Assembly (NCBI GenBank): GCA_026416665.1
Contig: JAOAET010000055.1
Location: 2,490-66,489, forward strand
Direction of reading: 5' to 3'
Length of the DNA: 64,000 nucleotides
Origin: Candidatus Omnitrophota bacterium
GTDB lineage: Bacteria > Omnitrophota > Gorgyraeia > Gygaellales > Profunditerraquicolaceae
In this document: positions 47,388 through 56,771 of the stretch, in pieces
How positions within the stretch are numbered: the stretch's first letter is position 1
How the letters are laid out: every line of letters begins with the position of its first letter
Position numbers and translations under genes: made by a program
The notes under the pieces: generated by a model
What the model was told of the DNA's origin: nothing
Databases searched by the model: none
What the model saw: only the letters and a program-made list of their open reading frames with translations

Positions 47388-48758
47388 TCAACACTCTGAA
47401 ATTATATAGGTAATAGAGGTTGTGTATTCTCCTGCGGGTATCTCTAACGAAGGAATAAGTTCATAAATAATAGTAAATGAATCAGGAGAACCTTTTTTGT
47501 CAGAGACAAATAAAACGGTTTCTTGTGTTTCAACTGGTATAGGATCAATAAATTTTAGATTTCCTTTAGTATCGTTACTTACTAAACGCATTCTGAAATT
47601 TTTTTTTGGAATGGTTACTCCATCCTTATTAACTAATTCCGAACTAAGTTTTTGACTTACTTGGTAGGATTTGCCACTATTTGAAATAATAGTTAGTTTT
47701 ACTTCATTTGTTTGTATCTGAAAAACATTCGGTTTTACATCAAATTCTATTATACCTGATTTTGTGGGTTCGGCAATTAAATTGAAGACTTTGGGGATAT
47801 TAAATTCAAGATCATATTCTTTAAGTATTTTCTGGATATTGTTATAGTCATTAACAAATAAAGAAAGTCTACAATGGTATTTACCTGTTTTAAACCTATC
47901 GGGGTTCAATAAACTATAAACAATGGTTAAATAATCAGTTTTTTCAGAAATTCTTGAAGTATATATTATTTCGGGCTTTAAAGATAAAGGTCTAAGTAAA
48001 GTTTTATTAGCATCTTTATCTTTTTGTAAAAAACACTGAATAGTATTTTCTGGCAAGATATCCGAATACTGATTTTGGCAAGCACAAGAAAGCATTTGAG
48101 AAATTGTTAATGGATAAGAGTAAGTGTTGGTAATTCTTAGTTCACAGAAACCACTTAGCGAGCCATCGGGTTGAGGCGTAAGTCGTAATAAAGAAGATTC
48201 AGGAAAAAATTCTATCTGGATATTCTGGTTTTGTTTTACTTCAACAGATATAGGTAAGATAATTGTTATTGGCATAACTTGTGACTGAATAGGTTCTAAA
48301 GTAAAAGCAAATCTTCCTTTGTAAAAACCCGGAGAAAAAGGTCCGGATAGACTGTATACTAAACGAAATGAATCAGATGAGCCGTTTGAATCAGAGGTAT
48401 ACAAAATATTTCTAGTTAAGGAAACTTCTGTTGGGTCAGATAAACGCAAGCTACCAAAAAGATTACTACCTCTTAGGGTAAAAACAGTTAATTGATGCGG
48501 TTTAATAGTTACACCCTCTGTATTAGTCAAAGGGTCAAGTAAGGTTTGTACTACTTGATATTGGCTTCCAATATCTGAGGTAATATTAATTATCAATTCT
48601 TTAGAAATAGTTTGCTGGCTGGCACTAATAGAACCAAAGCGCAGTTCAAAACCACCTTCTAATGGTCGTGCTGAAATAGAAAAAGCAGCCTCCGCTAAAT
48701 GAAAAGATAAAATCAATCCAGCTAATATAAGTAAAATAGAAACAAAAAGTTTTTTCAT
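47388..48758 (-). CDS. secreted protein with two tandem Ig-like domains (candidate tip adhesin or minor subunit)
   Basis: 456 aa; signal peptide. Internal duplication: residues ~30-140 and ~330-450 share SxxYQVxQxL...GVTI...DP..V...LxxSDxxGSxDSFxxxYxL. Confidence 0.5.
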   Translation of the reverse strand: MKKLFVSILLILAGLILSFHLAEAAFSISARPLEGGFELRFGSISASQQTISKELIINITSDIGSQYQVVQTLLDPLTNTEGVTIKPHQLTVFTLRGSNLFGSLRLSDPTEVSLTRNILYTSDSNGSSDSFRLVYSLSGPFSPGFYKGRFAFTLEPIQSQVMPITIILPISVEVKQNQNIQIEFFPESSLLRLTPQPDGSLSGFCELRITNTYSYPLTISQMLSCACQNQYSDILPENTIQCFLQKDKDANKTLLRPLSLKPEIIYTSRISEKTDYLTIVYSLLNPDRFKTGKYHCRLSLFVNDYNNIQKILKEYDLEFNIPKVFNLIAEPTKSGIIEFDVKPNVFQIQTNEVKLTIISNSGKSYQVSQKLSSELVNKDGVTIPKKNFRMRLVSNDTKGNLKFIDPIPVETQETVLFVSDKKGSPDSFTIIYELIPSLEIPAGEYTTSITYIISEC

Positions 48759-48932
48759 CTTTTTATAGTTTAAGAGTTGATATTTTTTTGTTATAGGAAA
48801 TCTACAATAAAAAAAACCGAAACGACCCTTCTTATTCCTCTATCGTTCCGGCCTCCCTATTTATTCCCCAAACCGGTTTCTTTATGTTTTAAAGTATAGC
48901 TCTTTTTTCAAATTAAGTCAAGATAATTCACC

Positions 48933-51716
48933 TTAAAATCTTCGTCTATAATATAAACGAATAATATGTTGTGTATCAATAGTCTGTAAGCCACCGCCAA
49001 AAGGATCAGCAACAGTTAATTCCAATAATGGATAATTAGGTGATACACCGTAATCAAAAACTAACTCGTCGTCCTCACAGAAGCGATATCTTGTCTCAAA
49101 AAATATATTATGGTGACCTACCTTCTTAGAATCACCTGCTAATATTCGATCGAGGTCATTCCACATTGAATAAGTATAGCGCAGATATAATCCTAACTTT
49201 TTCAAGGGCAAATAGCCAATTTCAACCCCAAAGTGATTTATATCGTCAGATATTGGTCCTGCCTGCTCAAACTCATTACGGGTATAATCAAGGTAGATTT
49301 CCAGCTTTTCAATGGGTAAAAAGCGCACACCAATTTTAAAGATATCATAAAAAGGATACGGTGGCTGAGGAAATAAATGTTGGTCATACAGAAATACACG
49401 GTCTCTTAAATAGGTTTTTCCAGCTTCATAATACACCCAAGATGGTTGCGCACTATTTAAAATACCACGAGGAAAGTTATCATAGGCAACGGTATAATCA
49501 TTAGTGCGTTCGTATATTCCATTTACTGTTAGCCAATCAGTAAAGGCATATTCTAGGCCAAAAGAACCAGTTTTAAGAGATGGGTCTTTTCCATCAGCAA
49601 TAGGAGTTAATGACCAATCAGTTAAATAAATACCGGTTTTTGCATCATAAATAAAAGGGTCTACTGCCGCTTTTGTTTTTGGCATATCCTGATAAATTCC
49701 CAGAATTTTACCTGTAAGGTTATCAGTGATGTGCCAGGTTAGTTCATCTCGTGTAACAGTTTCAACATACTTACCGTCAGTAGTATGGACATTGCGGATA
49801 TCAAAAAGATTATCTACTTTTTCTTTCCAAGAGGCCTCCCACCGTAAACCTATTACGTCTCTTCCAATATCAATACCATCTCCAATTGCAAATGGTTTAA
49901 TATCGCTGTAACTAGAAGGTGGATAATAAAGTCCACTGTAAAAATATTCAAGTGGTCTTCTAAAATGGATATGTCGACTCCAGAATTGGTCACGTCTTGT
50001 TTGGTGGTAATTTGCTAGTGCTGGGTCAAATCCCTCATCCATATGAGATGCAAATAGCCTTATTTTAGAGAAAAATTCTTCGTTTTTTTCTGGTTGAATT
50101 GCATCATAAGACGTATCCAAAATTGACTGTCCAGGATAGCGGGTTACTAAAGAAAAATAGTATGCATTTCCACGTGCTTTGCTTCTAAAGACACTATTAG
50201 TCAAATCGTATTCTGAGGCAGAGTGTGCTACTTCAACAGCTAACTTTATCCCTTCTATTACTTCATAGAGCGCGTCAACACCAAGTACATTATTACGCAT
50301 ATCAGTTGAAGATTCATCTTCATTAAAGCCAAGGCGTAGAGTATGGATTGCACCAATTTTTATATTATCTGATAAAGACTGAACCAGACGCGTTGCTCCT
50401 GCAATATTATCATAATCAGAGTAATCTTGCCAAGGATCTTTCGGAGATGCCCAACTGGTGCTAAATTTTGTATAGTCGGTTGGTTTTGCCTCTAGAGTCA
50501 AACCGCGTAGTTGAGTTAATCTTACTCCGTTTGAATCGCGCACCATAAAGGAAATAGAATTATTCCAATAACCTTTTCTGAAACTGACTGGACTTGCGTT
50601 AGAATTAAAATTACCTGGTTGCCATTTTCTTAACCAAGGAGAATCTTCCCAGTAAATATGATTATTAGAAAGTTTTAGAGGGTCATCGGAGGTATATGCT
50701 TGGGCTTCGGTAGCAAAAGGAAATATACGAATACTTAAAACATCAGCAGTTTTATAATCTACCCACAGCTCTCTAACTGGTTGAATTTCACGATGGATTT
50801 TTAATTCTGGAATAGTAAATATATTTCCCCAAGTAGAAGTTATGGTGGTGGGAACAGTCTTTCCATCTTTTACTTTTATTTCAGGGATATTGAATGAATC
50901 TCCATTTAACAGTGTATATACCGACTCGTTAAGGATTCTTGAGGTATTTGACCAATATTTTAATTGTATTTTTGCACTGTCTCCGCCATCACCTGTTAGA
51001 GTAATGCTATCTGTTTTACCAATGAATGTCCACGGGTCAAAATTTATACCTGTGTGGAATCCAAAACCCTCTTGTGTCTCGGGTGTATCAATATTAAACT
51101 TCAAACGGCTATAAATAGCGGGATCAAAGGTATTTTCTTTTCTATTTAATCCTTCTTGCGACTGAATTCGCCAATTCTTCTCATTTAAATCAAAGTTTGC
51201 CCTTTTGGCAATTAAGTGATCATCCTCATAACCTAAAGCTAATTGTAATTGTCCTGAGATATTTACTGCATCGGATTTTTCTTTTTGAGCAGATATGGAT
51301 TCTTCTTTAGGTACTTGAAACTGGGCAAAACCAGGTGAATAATGTTCAGGATATTTTTGTGCTAATTGCGTTTTTTCATCTTCAAAAGAGGTTCTACTTA
51401 ATTTTTCAAGGGTTAAAGTAATAATCTCTTCTCTAGTTAATGATTTTTTAACCTGAGGATAACATTTCTTTTCAGTTATTTTCTGTATTGGTGGTTCGGT
51501 AAGTTTTTCTATGTATTCTAAAGCGGTAGGATTATTAGGGTCAACCAACAAAACTTTTTTAAATTCGTGTAAGGCCTCTTGATAGGAACCGTTTTTATAA
51601 TAATTAATACCCATTTCAATAAGGGCATTTACTGCTTGAGATTGCGCATTTACATAAATAGGATAAGCAAAGATAATTGCACAAATAATCAAAATCATTT
51701 TTATTGTTCTTTCCAT
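48933..51716 (-). CDS. outer-membrane beta-barrel protein with N-terminal TPR motif (paralogue of 42916..45813)
   Basis: 927 aa; signal peptide. INYYKNGSYQEALHEFKKVLLVDPNNPTALEYIEKLT matches the other protein's YYNAGRYDLALQEFKKALLANPDFTPAKEYINYLT. Large aromatic-rich beta region ending in C-terminal ...YYRRRF. Confidence 0.6.
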   Translation of the reverse strand: MERTIKMILIICAIIFAYPIYVNAQSQAVNALIEMGINYYKNGSYQEALHEFKKVLLVDPNNPTALEYIEKLTEPPIQKITEKKCYPQVKKSLTREEIITLTLEKLSRTSFEDEKTQLAQKYPEHYSPGFAQFQVPKEESISAQKEKSDAVNISGQLQLALGYEDDHLIAKRANFDLNEKNWRIQSQEGLNRKENTFDPAIYSRLKFNIDTPETQEGFGFHTGINFDPWTFIGKTDSITLTGDGGDSAKIQLKYWSNTSRILNESVYTLLNGDSFNIPEIKVKDGKTVPTTITSTWGNIFTIPELKIHREIQPVRELWVDYKTADVLSIRIFPFATEAQAYTSDDPLKLSNNHIYWEDSPWLRKWQPGNFNSNASPVSFRKGYWNNSISFMVRDSNGVRLTQLRGLTLEAKPTDYTKFSTSWASPKDPWQDYSDYDNIAGATRLVQSLSDNIKIGAIHTLRLGFNEDESSTDMRNNVLGVDALYEVIEGIKLAVEVAHSASEYDLTNSVFRSKARGNAYYFSLVTRYPGQSILDTSYDAIQPEKNEEFFSKIRLFASHMDEGFDPALANYHQTRRDQFWSRHIHFRRPLEYFYSGLYYPPSSYSDIKPFAIGDGIDIGRDVIGLRWEASWKEKVDNLFDIRNVHTTDGKYVETVTRDELTWHITDNLTGKILGIYQDMPKTKAAVDPFIYDAKTGIYLTDWSLTPIADGKDPSLKTGSFGLEYAFTDWLTVNGIYERTNDYTVAYDNFPRGILNSAQPSWVYYEAGKTYLRDRVFLYDQHLFPQPPYPFYDIFKIGVRFLPIEKLEIYLDYTRNEFEQAGPISDDINHFGVEIGYLPLKKLGLYLRYTYSMWNDLDRILAGDSKKVGHHNIFFETRYRFCEDDELVFDYGVSPNYPLLELTVADPFGGGLQTIDTQHIIRLYYRRRF

Positions 51717-51744
51717 AATTTTTCTCCTTAAATTAAATATAAAA

Positions 51745-51860
51745 AAAATACCGGACTTGACCCCTTAAATTTTTCAGAAATCCGGTATTATTTTTGTCCG
51801 TGGCTAAACTTCTGGCTACCTCCTACCAGAAACCGGACACAATCTATTATACTATTTTTT
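51745..51860 (-). promoter_or_regulatory. promoter plus structured leader/attenuator in front of the 927-aa outer-membrane protein gene
   Basis: Minus-strand TTAATA-17-TATAAT (-10 at 51846-51851). The leader GUGUCCGGUUUCUGG...CCACGGACA hairpin is followed by AUACCGGAUUU[19-nt loop]GAAGUCCGGUAU + U8, and the CCGGA segments allow mutually exclusive pairings. RBS AAGGAG before the ATG at 51716. Confidence 0.35.
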
Positions 51861-51869
51861 TTACTTTTA

Positions 51870-52208
51870 TTAAGTATATTTCATCATTTCTTTAGGAATG
51901 GCGCATAGCAGAATTTTTAATGTATGCATAAAAGTTATAAGATAAACTCTACCATTTGAAACCGCATAGACACTACCTTTCATCCTACAAAAAAATTTTT
52001 CGATTTTTTCTTTAGTATTTCTTTCTTTTAATACTGCAAGAATCGGTGGTTGTTTTTCAATTTGCTTGTCAGTTACTTCTTTTACTATGTAAATAAAATG
52101 TCTACGAATGATAGTACGCGTTCCTTCTTTATCAAAAATTTCTGAACTAGAAAGTATCTTCCGTTTGTGGTCAGGAGAAGTTAAATTTCTGAAGACGAGG
52201 TCCCGCAT
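51870..52208 (-). CDS. hypothetical protein
   Basis: 112 aa ORF preceded by a GC-rich leader; no family recognised. Confidence 0.35.
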   Translation of the reverse strand: MRDLVFRNLTSPDHKRKILSSSEIFDKEGTRTIIRRHFIYIVKEVTDKQIEKQPPILAVLKERNTKEKIEKFFCRMKGSVYAVSNGRVYLITFMHTLKILLCAIPKEMMKYT

Positions 52209-52330
52209 ATTTTTTCACTTTTTATGGTCGGGCCACAATCAAATTATAGATTTATACGGTGACCCGACCATCCCCTTACCTTCCTTTTCCGCTACCCAGC
52301 GGACTGACTGGTGGGGTGTTTTATTTACAT
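52209..52330. other. GC-rich structured island, candidate cis-regulatory RNA or small RNA
   Basis: In AT-rich surroundings. Plus strand: GGUCGGG...CCCGACC hairpin and CACCCC...GGGGUG hairpin + UUUUAUUU. Minus strand: CCGCU-GGGU-AGCGG and CCAG...CUGG helices in the 5' UTR of the 112-aa gene. Confidence 0.3.
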
Positions 52331-52506
52331 ATATTATTCTTTATTAAATATTTATTAAATTTTTTATTAATTTTATAAAAAAATTATTTTTTTCTTTTTG
52401 TAAAAAGTAGAATTTAGTAACCAGTTCTACCTATATATATGCATTTAAATTATAACCTGAAATTTCTATATTTTCAAGTAAATAAGGAATTTTTATGAAA
52501 GCCTTT

Positions 52507-53142
52507 TCATAATTGCTTTCTTTTTCCAAAATCAAGAGGTTTTTCCTCACCTTTTAATATACGTTTTAAATTTGATTTGTGCCTATATAAAACAAAAGTT
52601 GACAAAAATAAGCATGTAAAGATTACAAAAGTTGGTTGTTTATAAATAACACAAAGCAAAGGAAGAAATAAAGCTGAAATTATAGACGCAACTGAAACAA
52701 TGCGGGTTAAAGTAAAGATTAAAATCCAAATTAAAATTAGTATAATAAGTATCATACCTAAATGGGGTAAATACAAGGATAGACCCCACAGAACCCCAAT
52801 ACTTGTGGCAATACCTTTTCCACCTTTAAAACGTAAAAATATAGTTAAACTATGTCCGATAACGCAGAGAATGCCTGAAATAACCAAAACTGTTTCCCAA
52901 GGGAGAAAACCAGTCCTATAAAATTTATTAGCCAATATAATAGTAAACAGTCCCTTTGTAACGTCTAAGAATAACACTAATAAACCAATCGGTTTTCCCA
53001 GAACACGGAAGGCATTAGTGGCTCCTACATTTCCGGAACCGTATCTTCTTATATCAATGCCTCTTAGAATTTTCCCAAAGATGTAGGCAAAAGGAATAGA
53101 ACCTAAAAAATAACTAAGAAGAAATATGGTTATCGTTTGCAT
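52507..53142 (-). CDS. plsY: glycerol-3-phosphate acyltransferase (acyl-phosphate dependent)
   Basis: 211 aa; LLSYFLGSIPFAYIFGK...GSGNVGATNAFR. Confidence 0.9.
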   Translation of the reverse strand: MQTITIFLLSYFLGSIPFAYIFGKILRGIDIRRYGSGNVGATNAFRVLGKPIGLLVLFLDVTKGLFTIILANKFYRTGFLPWETVLVISGILCVIGHSLTIFLRFKGGKGIATSIGVLWGLSLYLPHLGMILIILILIWILIFTLTRIVSVASIISALFLPLLCVIYKQPTFVIFTCLFLSTFVLYRHKSNLKRILKGEEKPLDFGKRKQL

Positions 53143-53671
53143 AAAGTAGTTTAAACCCTTTTACGATATAATCTATTCCTGAGATAATAGTAAAAATTAT
53201 AGCAATTGACCAAAATATAAAGGAGATTTTTAACTGTAGTAATATACTAATTACAGAAAGCATCTGAAAAGTGGTAGTTAATTTTCCCCACCATGTAGGT
53301 CGTATATCTATTCTTTGTTTTACCATAAATAAAACTACCACTCCGAGAATAATAAGTAGGTCTCTACTTATTACAATAAAAACTACAAATAAGGGAAAAC
53401 GAATAGGAAAAGATACAAAATATAAACAAATAAAAGCGCTGATTAAGAGCAATTTATCACCAAGCGGATCTAAAATAAGCCCAGCAGATGAGTGTTGCTT
53501 TGAAGTGCGGGCAATAAAACCATCAATAGCATCCGAAATAACCGCAGCCAAAAAAATTGCAAGCGCAACCCAACGCAAGTATTGGTGATTAGAATCGTAA
53601 TAAAGAATACTAGCAATAAAAAAAGGCACGCTTAAAATCCTAAAGGTAGAGACCTTATTAGCTAAATTCAT
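53114..53671 (-). CDS. pgsA: CDP-diacylglycerol--glycerol-3-phosphate 3-phosphatidyltransferase
   Basis: CDP-alcohol phosphatidyltransferase motif DAIDGFIAR...GLILDPLGDKLL. Start set at the Met giving a 4-nt overlap with lepB. Confidence 0.8.
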   Translation of the reverse strand: MNLANKVSTFRILSVPFFIASILYYDSNHQYLRWVALAIFLAAVISDAIDGFIARTSKQHSSAGLILDPLGDKLLLISAFICLYFVSFPIRFPLFVVFIVISRDLLIILGVVVLFMVKQRIDIRPTWWGKLTTTFQMLSVISILLQLKISFIFWSIAIIFTIISGIDYIVKGFKLLYANDNHISS

Positions 53672-54294
53672 TTTAGAATCCTTATCCGCCAAGGTGGCCA
53701 ATAAATTAATATTGCTTTACCAACAATATTTTGGTAAGGCACAAATCCCCAGTAACGCGAATCCTGCGAGGAACCAGAATTGTCTCCTAACACAAAATAA
53801 CTGTTTTCAGGCACAAGAATTTTTTGATTTCGTTTCCCATATTTACAGAAAGAATCAATATCCCGACAGTTATAATAATAATTTTTACGAAAAACTGGGT
53901 CAGTTAATTCTTGTTCGTTTACGTAAATAGAACCATTTCTTATTTCTACGGTTTCTCCACCTTGCGCAACCAGGCGTTTAATAAAATCTTTTTTTGGGTC
54001 GGAAGGAGCAACGAAAACAATAATATCCCCCCTTTTAGGTTGCCGTAGAGCGGGTAAACGGAAATTTGTAAAGGGGACTTTTGCACCGTAAATAAATTTA
54101 TTAACTAAAATAGCATCGCCTTCTAAAAGAGTATTGCGCATTGAACCTGTAGGTATCTTAAAGGCTTGAATGATAAAAGTTCGAATAAATAAAGCCAAGA
54201 TTAAAGCGACAACAATTGATTCCACCCATTCCTTAATAACTGCTTTAATTTTGTTTTTATTATATTTATCATTTTTATTTTTCTTATTATCCAT
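53668..54294 (-). CDS. lepB: signal peptidase I
   Basis: S26 motifs GSMRNTL, GDIIVFVAP, KRLVA...GDNSGSSQDSRYWG. Start at MDNKKNK is more likely than the upstream extension, which would overlap the lepA end. Confidence 0.8.
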   Translation of the reverse strand: MDNKKNKNDKYNKNKIKAVIKEWVESIVVALILALFIRTFIIQAFKIPTGSMRNTLLEGDAILVNKFIYGAKVPFTNFRLPALRQPKRGDIIVFVAPSDPKKDFIKRLVAQGGETVEIRNGSIYVNEQELTDPVFRKNYYYNCRDIDSFCKYGKRNQKILVPENSYFVLGDNSGSSQDSRYWGFVPYQNIVGKAILIYWPPWRIRILK

Positions 54295-54310
54295 AATAAC
54301 TCCTCTTCTA

Positions 54311-56110
54311 TTACTGAATTTTAAGGACTTCCAGAAATGCCTCTTGGGGAATCTCAACTTTCCCAAAGGTCTTTAAGCGCTTTTTTCCTTTCTTTTGAAT
54401 TTCCCAGAGTTTACGCTTGCGTGTAATATCCCCTCCATAACATTTTGCTGTAACATTTTTTCCTACAGGACGAATTCTTTCTGAAGCAATTATCTGAGAG
54501 CCGATAGCGGCTTGAACTACTACTTCAAAAAGTTGTCTTGGAATAAGTTCTTTTAGTTTACTAACCAAGGCACGTGCCTTTGCCTCTGCTTTCTCTTTTG
54601 GCAGAAGTGAAGAAAAGGCATCACATATTTGACCATTAAGCAGCACATCCAATTTTACAAGTTTGGTTGGATAGTAGTCTTTGAACTCATAATCAATGGA
54701 GCCATAGCCCCTCGTAAGAGATTTTATACGGTCATAGAAATCTACAATGATTTCAGAAAGAGGTATCTCAAACTGTATTTTAACCCTGTTTTGCCCAAGA
54801 TGTTCTTGCGATATGAAATTTCCTCGTCGTGACTTAACCAATTCACATACCGGTTCAATAGAATCAACGGGGATAATAACCAACAAATTCACATACGGCT
54901 CATAGGATTCAACTATTGAACCTGGATCTGGGAATTTTGCAGGGGTATCTACTTCTAAAATAGTTCCATCGGTGACTTTGATACGATAAGACACATTTGG
55001 TACAGTTAAGATAAGATTTAGATTATATTCACGTTCAAGACGTTCCTGAACAATCTCCATATGTAAAAGTCCTAAGAATCCACAACGAAAACCTGTTCCA
55101 AATGACTGTGAGTTTTCAGGTTCAAAAACAAAAGATGCATCAGATAGTTTTAATTTCTCCATTGCCTCTCTTAAATCAGAAAAGTCACTTGCATTTACCG
55201 GATAAATACCACAGAAAACCAGTGGTTTGACTGATTTGAACCCAGCTAATGGTGTTAAACAAGGATTTTTTACATCAGTAATTGTATCTCCTATAGTAAT
55301 TTCACGAGGTTGCCGAATATTTGCGGTCAAATAACCTACTTCTCCGCAAGAAAGAGATTCGACCGCAGAATACTTTAAATCCTTAAAAATGCCTAATTCT
55401 TCTACTTTGTAGACATTTCCTGAATGCATTAATTTTATTTGAGTATGATTGGTTAATGTGCCATCTACTACTCTGACAAAAACAACAACACCTTTGTAGA
55501 TATCGTAGCGACAATCAAAAACAAGCGCTTTAAGTGGATGATCAGGTTCACCTTGTGGAGGAGGCACCACTGCAATTACACGCTCAAGAATTTCTAAGAC
55601 TCCCCTTCCTTCTTTTGCTGAAGCTAGAATAATTTCATCTTCTCTAAATCCTAAAACAGATTGAACTTCTTCTTTAACTTTAGGTAAATCAATAGATGGT
55701 AAATCAATTTTGTTAATTACAGGAATAATTTCCAAATTTGCTTCAAGAGCAAGGTAATAATTTGCAACGGTCTGTGCCTCAATTCCTTGGCCTGCATCTA
55801 TTAATAAAATGGCACCTTCACAGGCAGCCAGTGATTTTGATACTTCGTAGGTAAAGTCAACGTGGCCTGGTGTATCAATAAGGTTTAAAGTATAAGTTTT
55901 TCCATCTTTAGAATTATATTGTAAGCGCACGGTTGATGCCTTGATAGTAATACCTCGTTCGCGTTCTAATTCCATATCGTCCAGAACTTGCTCTTTAGCA
56001 GTTCGACGATCTAAGGCTCCTGTTAATTCTAAAATGCGGTCAGCTAAAGTAGATTTACCATGGTCAATATGGGCAATAATACAAAAATTTCTAATAAGGG
56101 ATTTATCCAT
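54311..56110 (-). CDS. lepA: elongation factor 4
   Basis: 599 aa; IIAHIDHGKSTLADR GTPase G1, LepA C-terminal domain. Confidence 0.95.
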   Translation of the reverse strand: MDKSLIRNFCIIAHIDHGKSTLADRILELTGALDRRTAKEQVLDDMELERERGITIKASTVRLQYNSKDGKTYTLNLIDTPGHVDFTYEVSKSLAACEGAILLIDAGQGIEAQTVANYYLALEANLEIIPVINKIDLPSIDLPKVKEEVQSVLGFREDEIILASAKEGRGVLEILERVIAVVPPPQGEPDHPLKALVFDCRYDIYKGVVVFVRVVDGTLTNHTQIKLMHSGNVYKVEELGIFKDLKYSAVESLSCGEVGYLTANIRQPREITIGDTITDVKNPCLTPLAGFKSVKPLVFCGIYPVNASDFSDLREAMEKLKLSDASFVFEPENSQSFGTGFRCGFLGLLHMEIVQERLEREYNLNLILTVPNVSYRIKVTDGTILEVDTPAKFPDPGSIVESYEPYVNLLVIIPVDSIEPVCELVKSRRGNFISQEHLGQNRVKIQFEIPLSEIIVDFYDRIKSLTRGYGSIDYEFKDYYPTKLVKLDVLLNGQICDAFSSLLPKEKAEAKARALVSKLKELIPRQLFEVVVQAAIGSQIIASERIRPVGKNVTAKCYGGDITRKRKLWEIQKKGKKRLKTFGKVEIPQEAFLEVLKIQ

Positions 56111-56771
56111 CTTGCTTCTTGATTTCTTCTAACATCTTTTGAACCACTTCTTCTATAGTAAGATTAGTTGTGTCAATATAGATTGCATCAGGTGCACGAC
56201 GTAAAGGTGCAATATCGCGGGTAGAATCAATAGTATCACGGTTTCTTAAATCCTCTGCAACCTGTTCGTAAGAGACATCTTTAACACCTAAATTAATAAG
56301 GTCAAGATAGCGACGTTTTACCCTTTCAGAAAAACTGGCATCTATATAAAACTTTTTTTGGGCATTAGGAAAAACCACTGTTCCAATATCACGCCCATCC
56401 AAAATACAGTTTTGTTTTTCTGCAATACGCCTCTGCAGACAAACCATTATTTGTCGAACCTCTTTAATTTTAGCAATTAAGGAAACACTTTGGGTTACTC
56501 TGGGTTGACGAATTGCTAAGGATACATCAACATCATCTAAAATTACTTTTGTTATCGATGTCTTATCAGTGACCAATTCTATTTTTGTATTACGCGCAAC
56601 CTCAATTATCCGTTCAATATTTTCAAAATCAATTTTATTATCTAGGATTTTTAAGGTTAATGCCCGATACATAGCACCCGTGTCTATGTATAAAAAACCC
56701 AGCTGGTCTGCCAAACGTTTTGCTACGGTGCTTTTTCCGGCACCAGCTGGTCCATCAATAGCAATAATCAC
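56103..56771 (-). CDS. cmk: cytidylate kinase
   Basis: 222 aa; [17 protein letters not shown]...YIDTGAMYRA. Confidence 0.9.
   Translation of the reverse strand: MIIAIDGPAGAGKSTVAKRLADQLGFLYIDTGAMYRALTLKILDNKIDFENIERIIEVARNTKIELVTDKTSITKVILDDVDVSLAIRQPRVTQSVSLIAKIKEVRQIMVCLQRRIAEKQNCILDGRDIGTVVFPNAQKKFYIDASFSERVKRRYLDLINLGVKDVSYEQVAEDLRNRDTIDSTRDIAPLRRAPDAIYIDTTNLTIEEVVQKMLEEIKKQDG

Noticed and set aside
51770-51850. Possible SRP (4.5S/ffs) RNA because of the minus-strand motif GGUAGGAGGUAGCCAGAAG, which resembles the domain IV AGGAAGCAGCC
   Set aside because: The invariant GGAA tetraloop and symmetric-loop context of SRP RNA helix 8 are not present. The element is better explained as a promoter-proximal leader hairpin plus terminator for the downstream outer-membrane protein gene. 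An Rfam scan would settle it.
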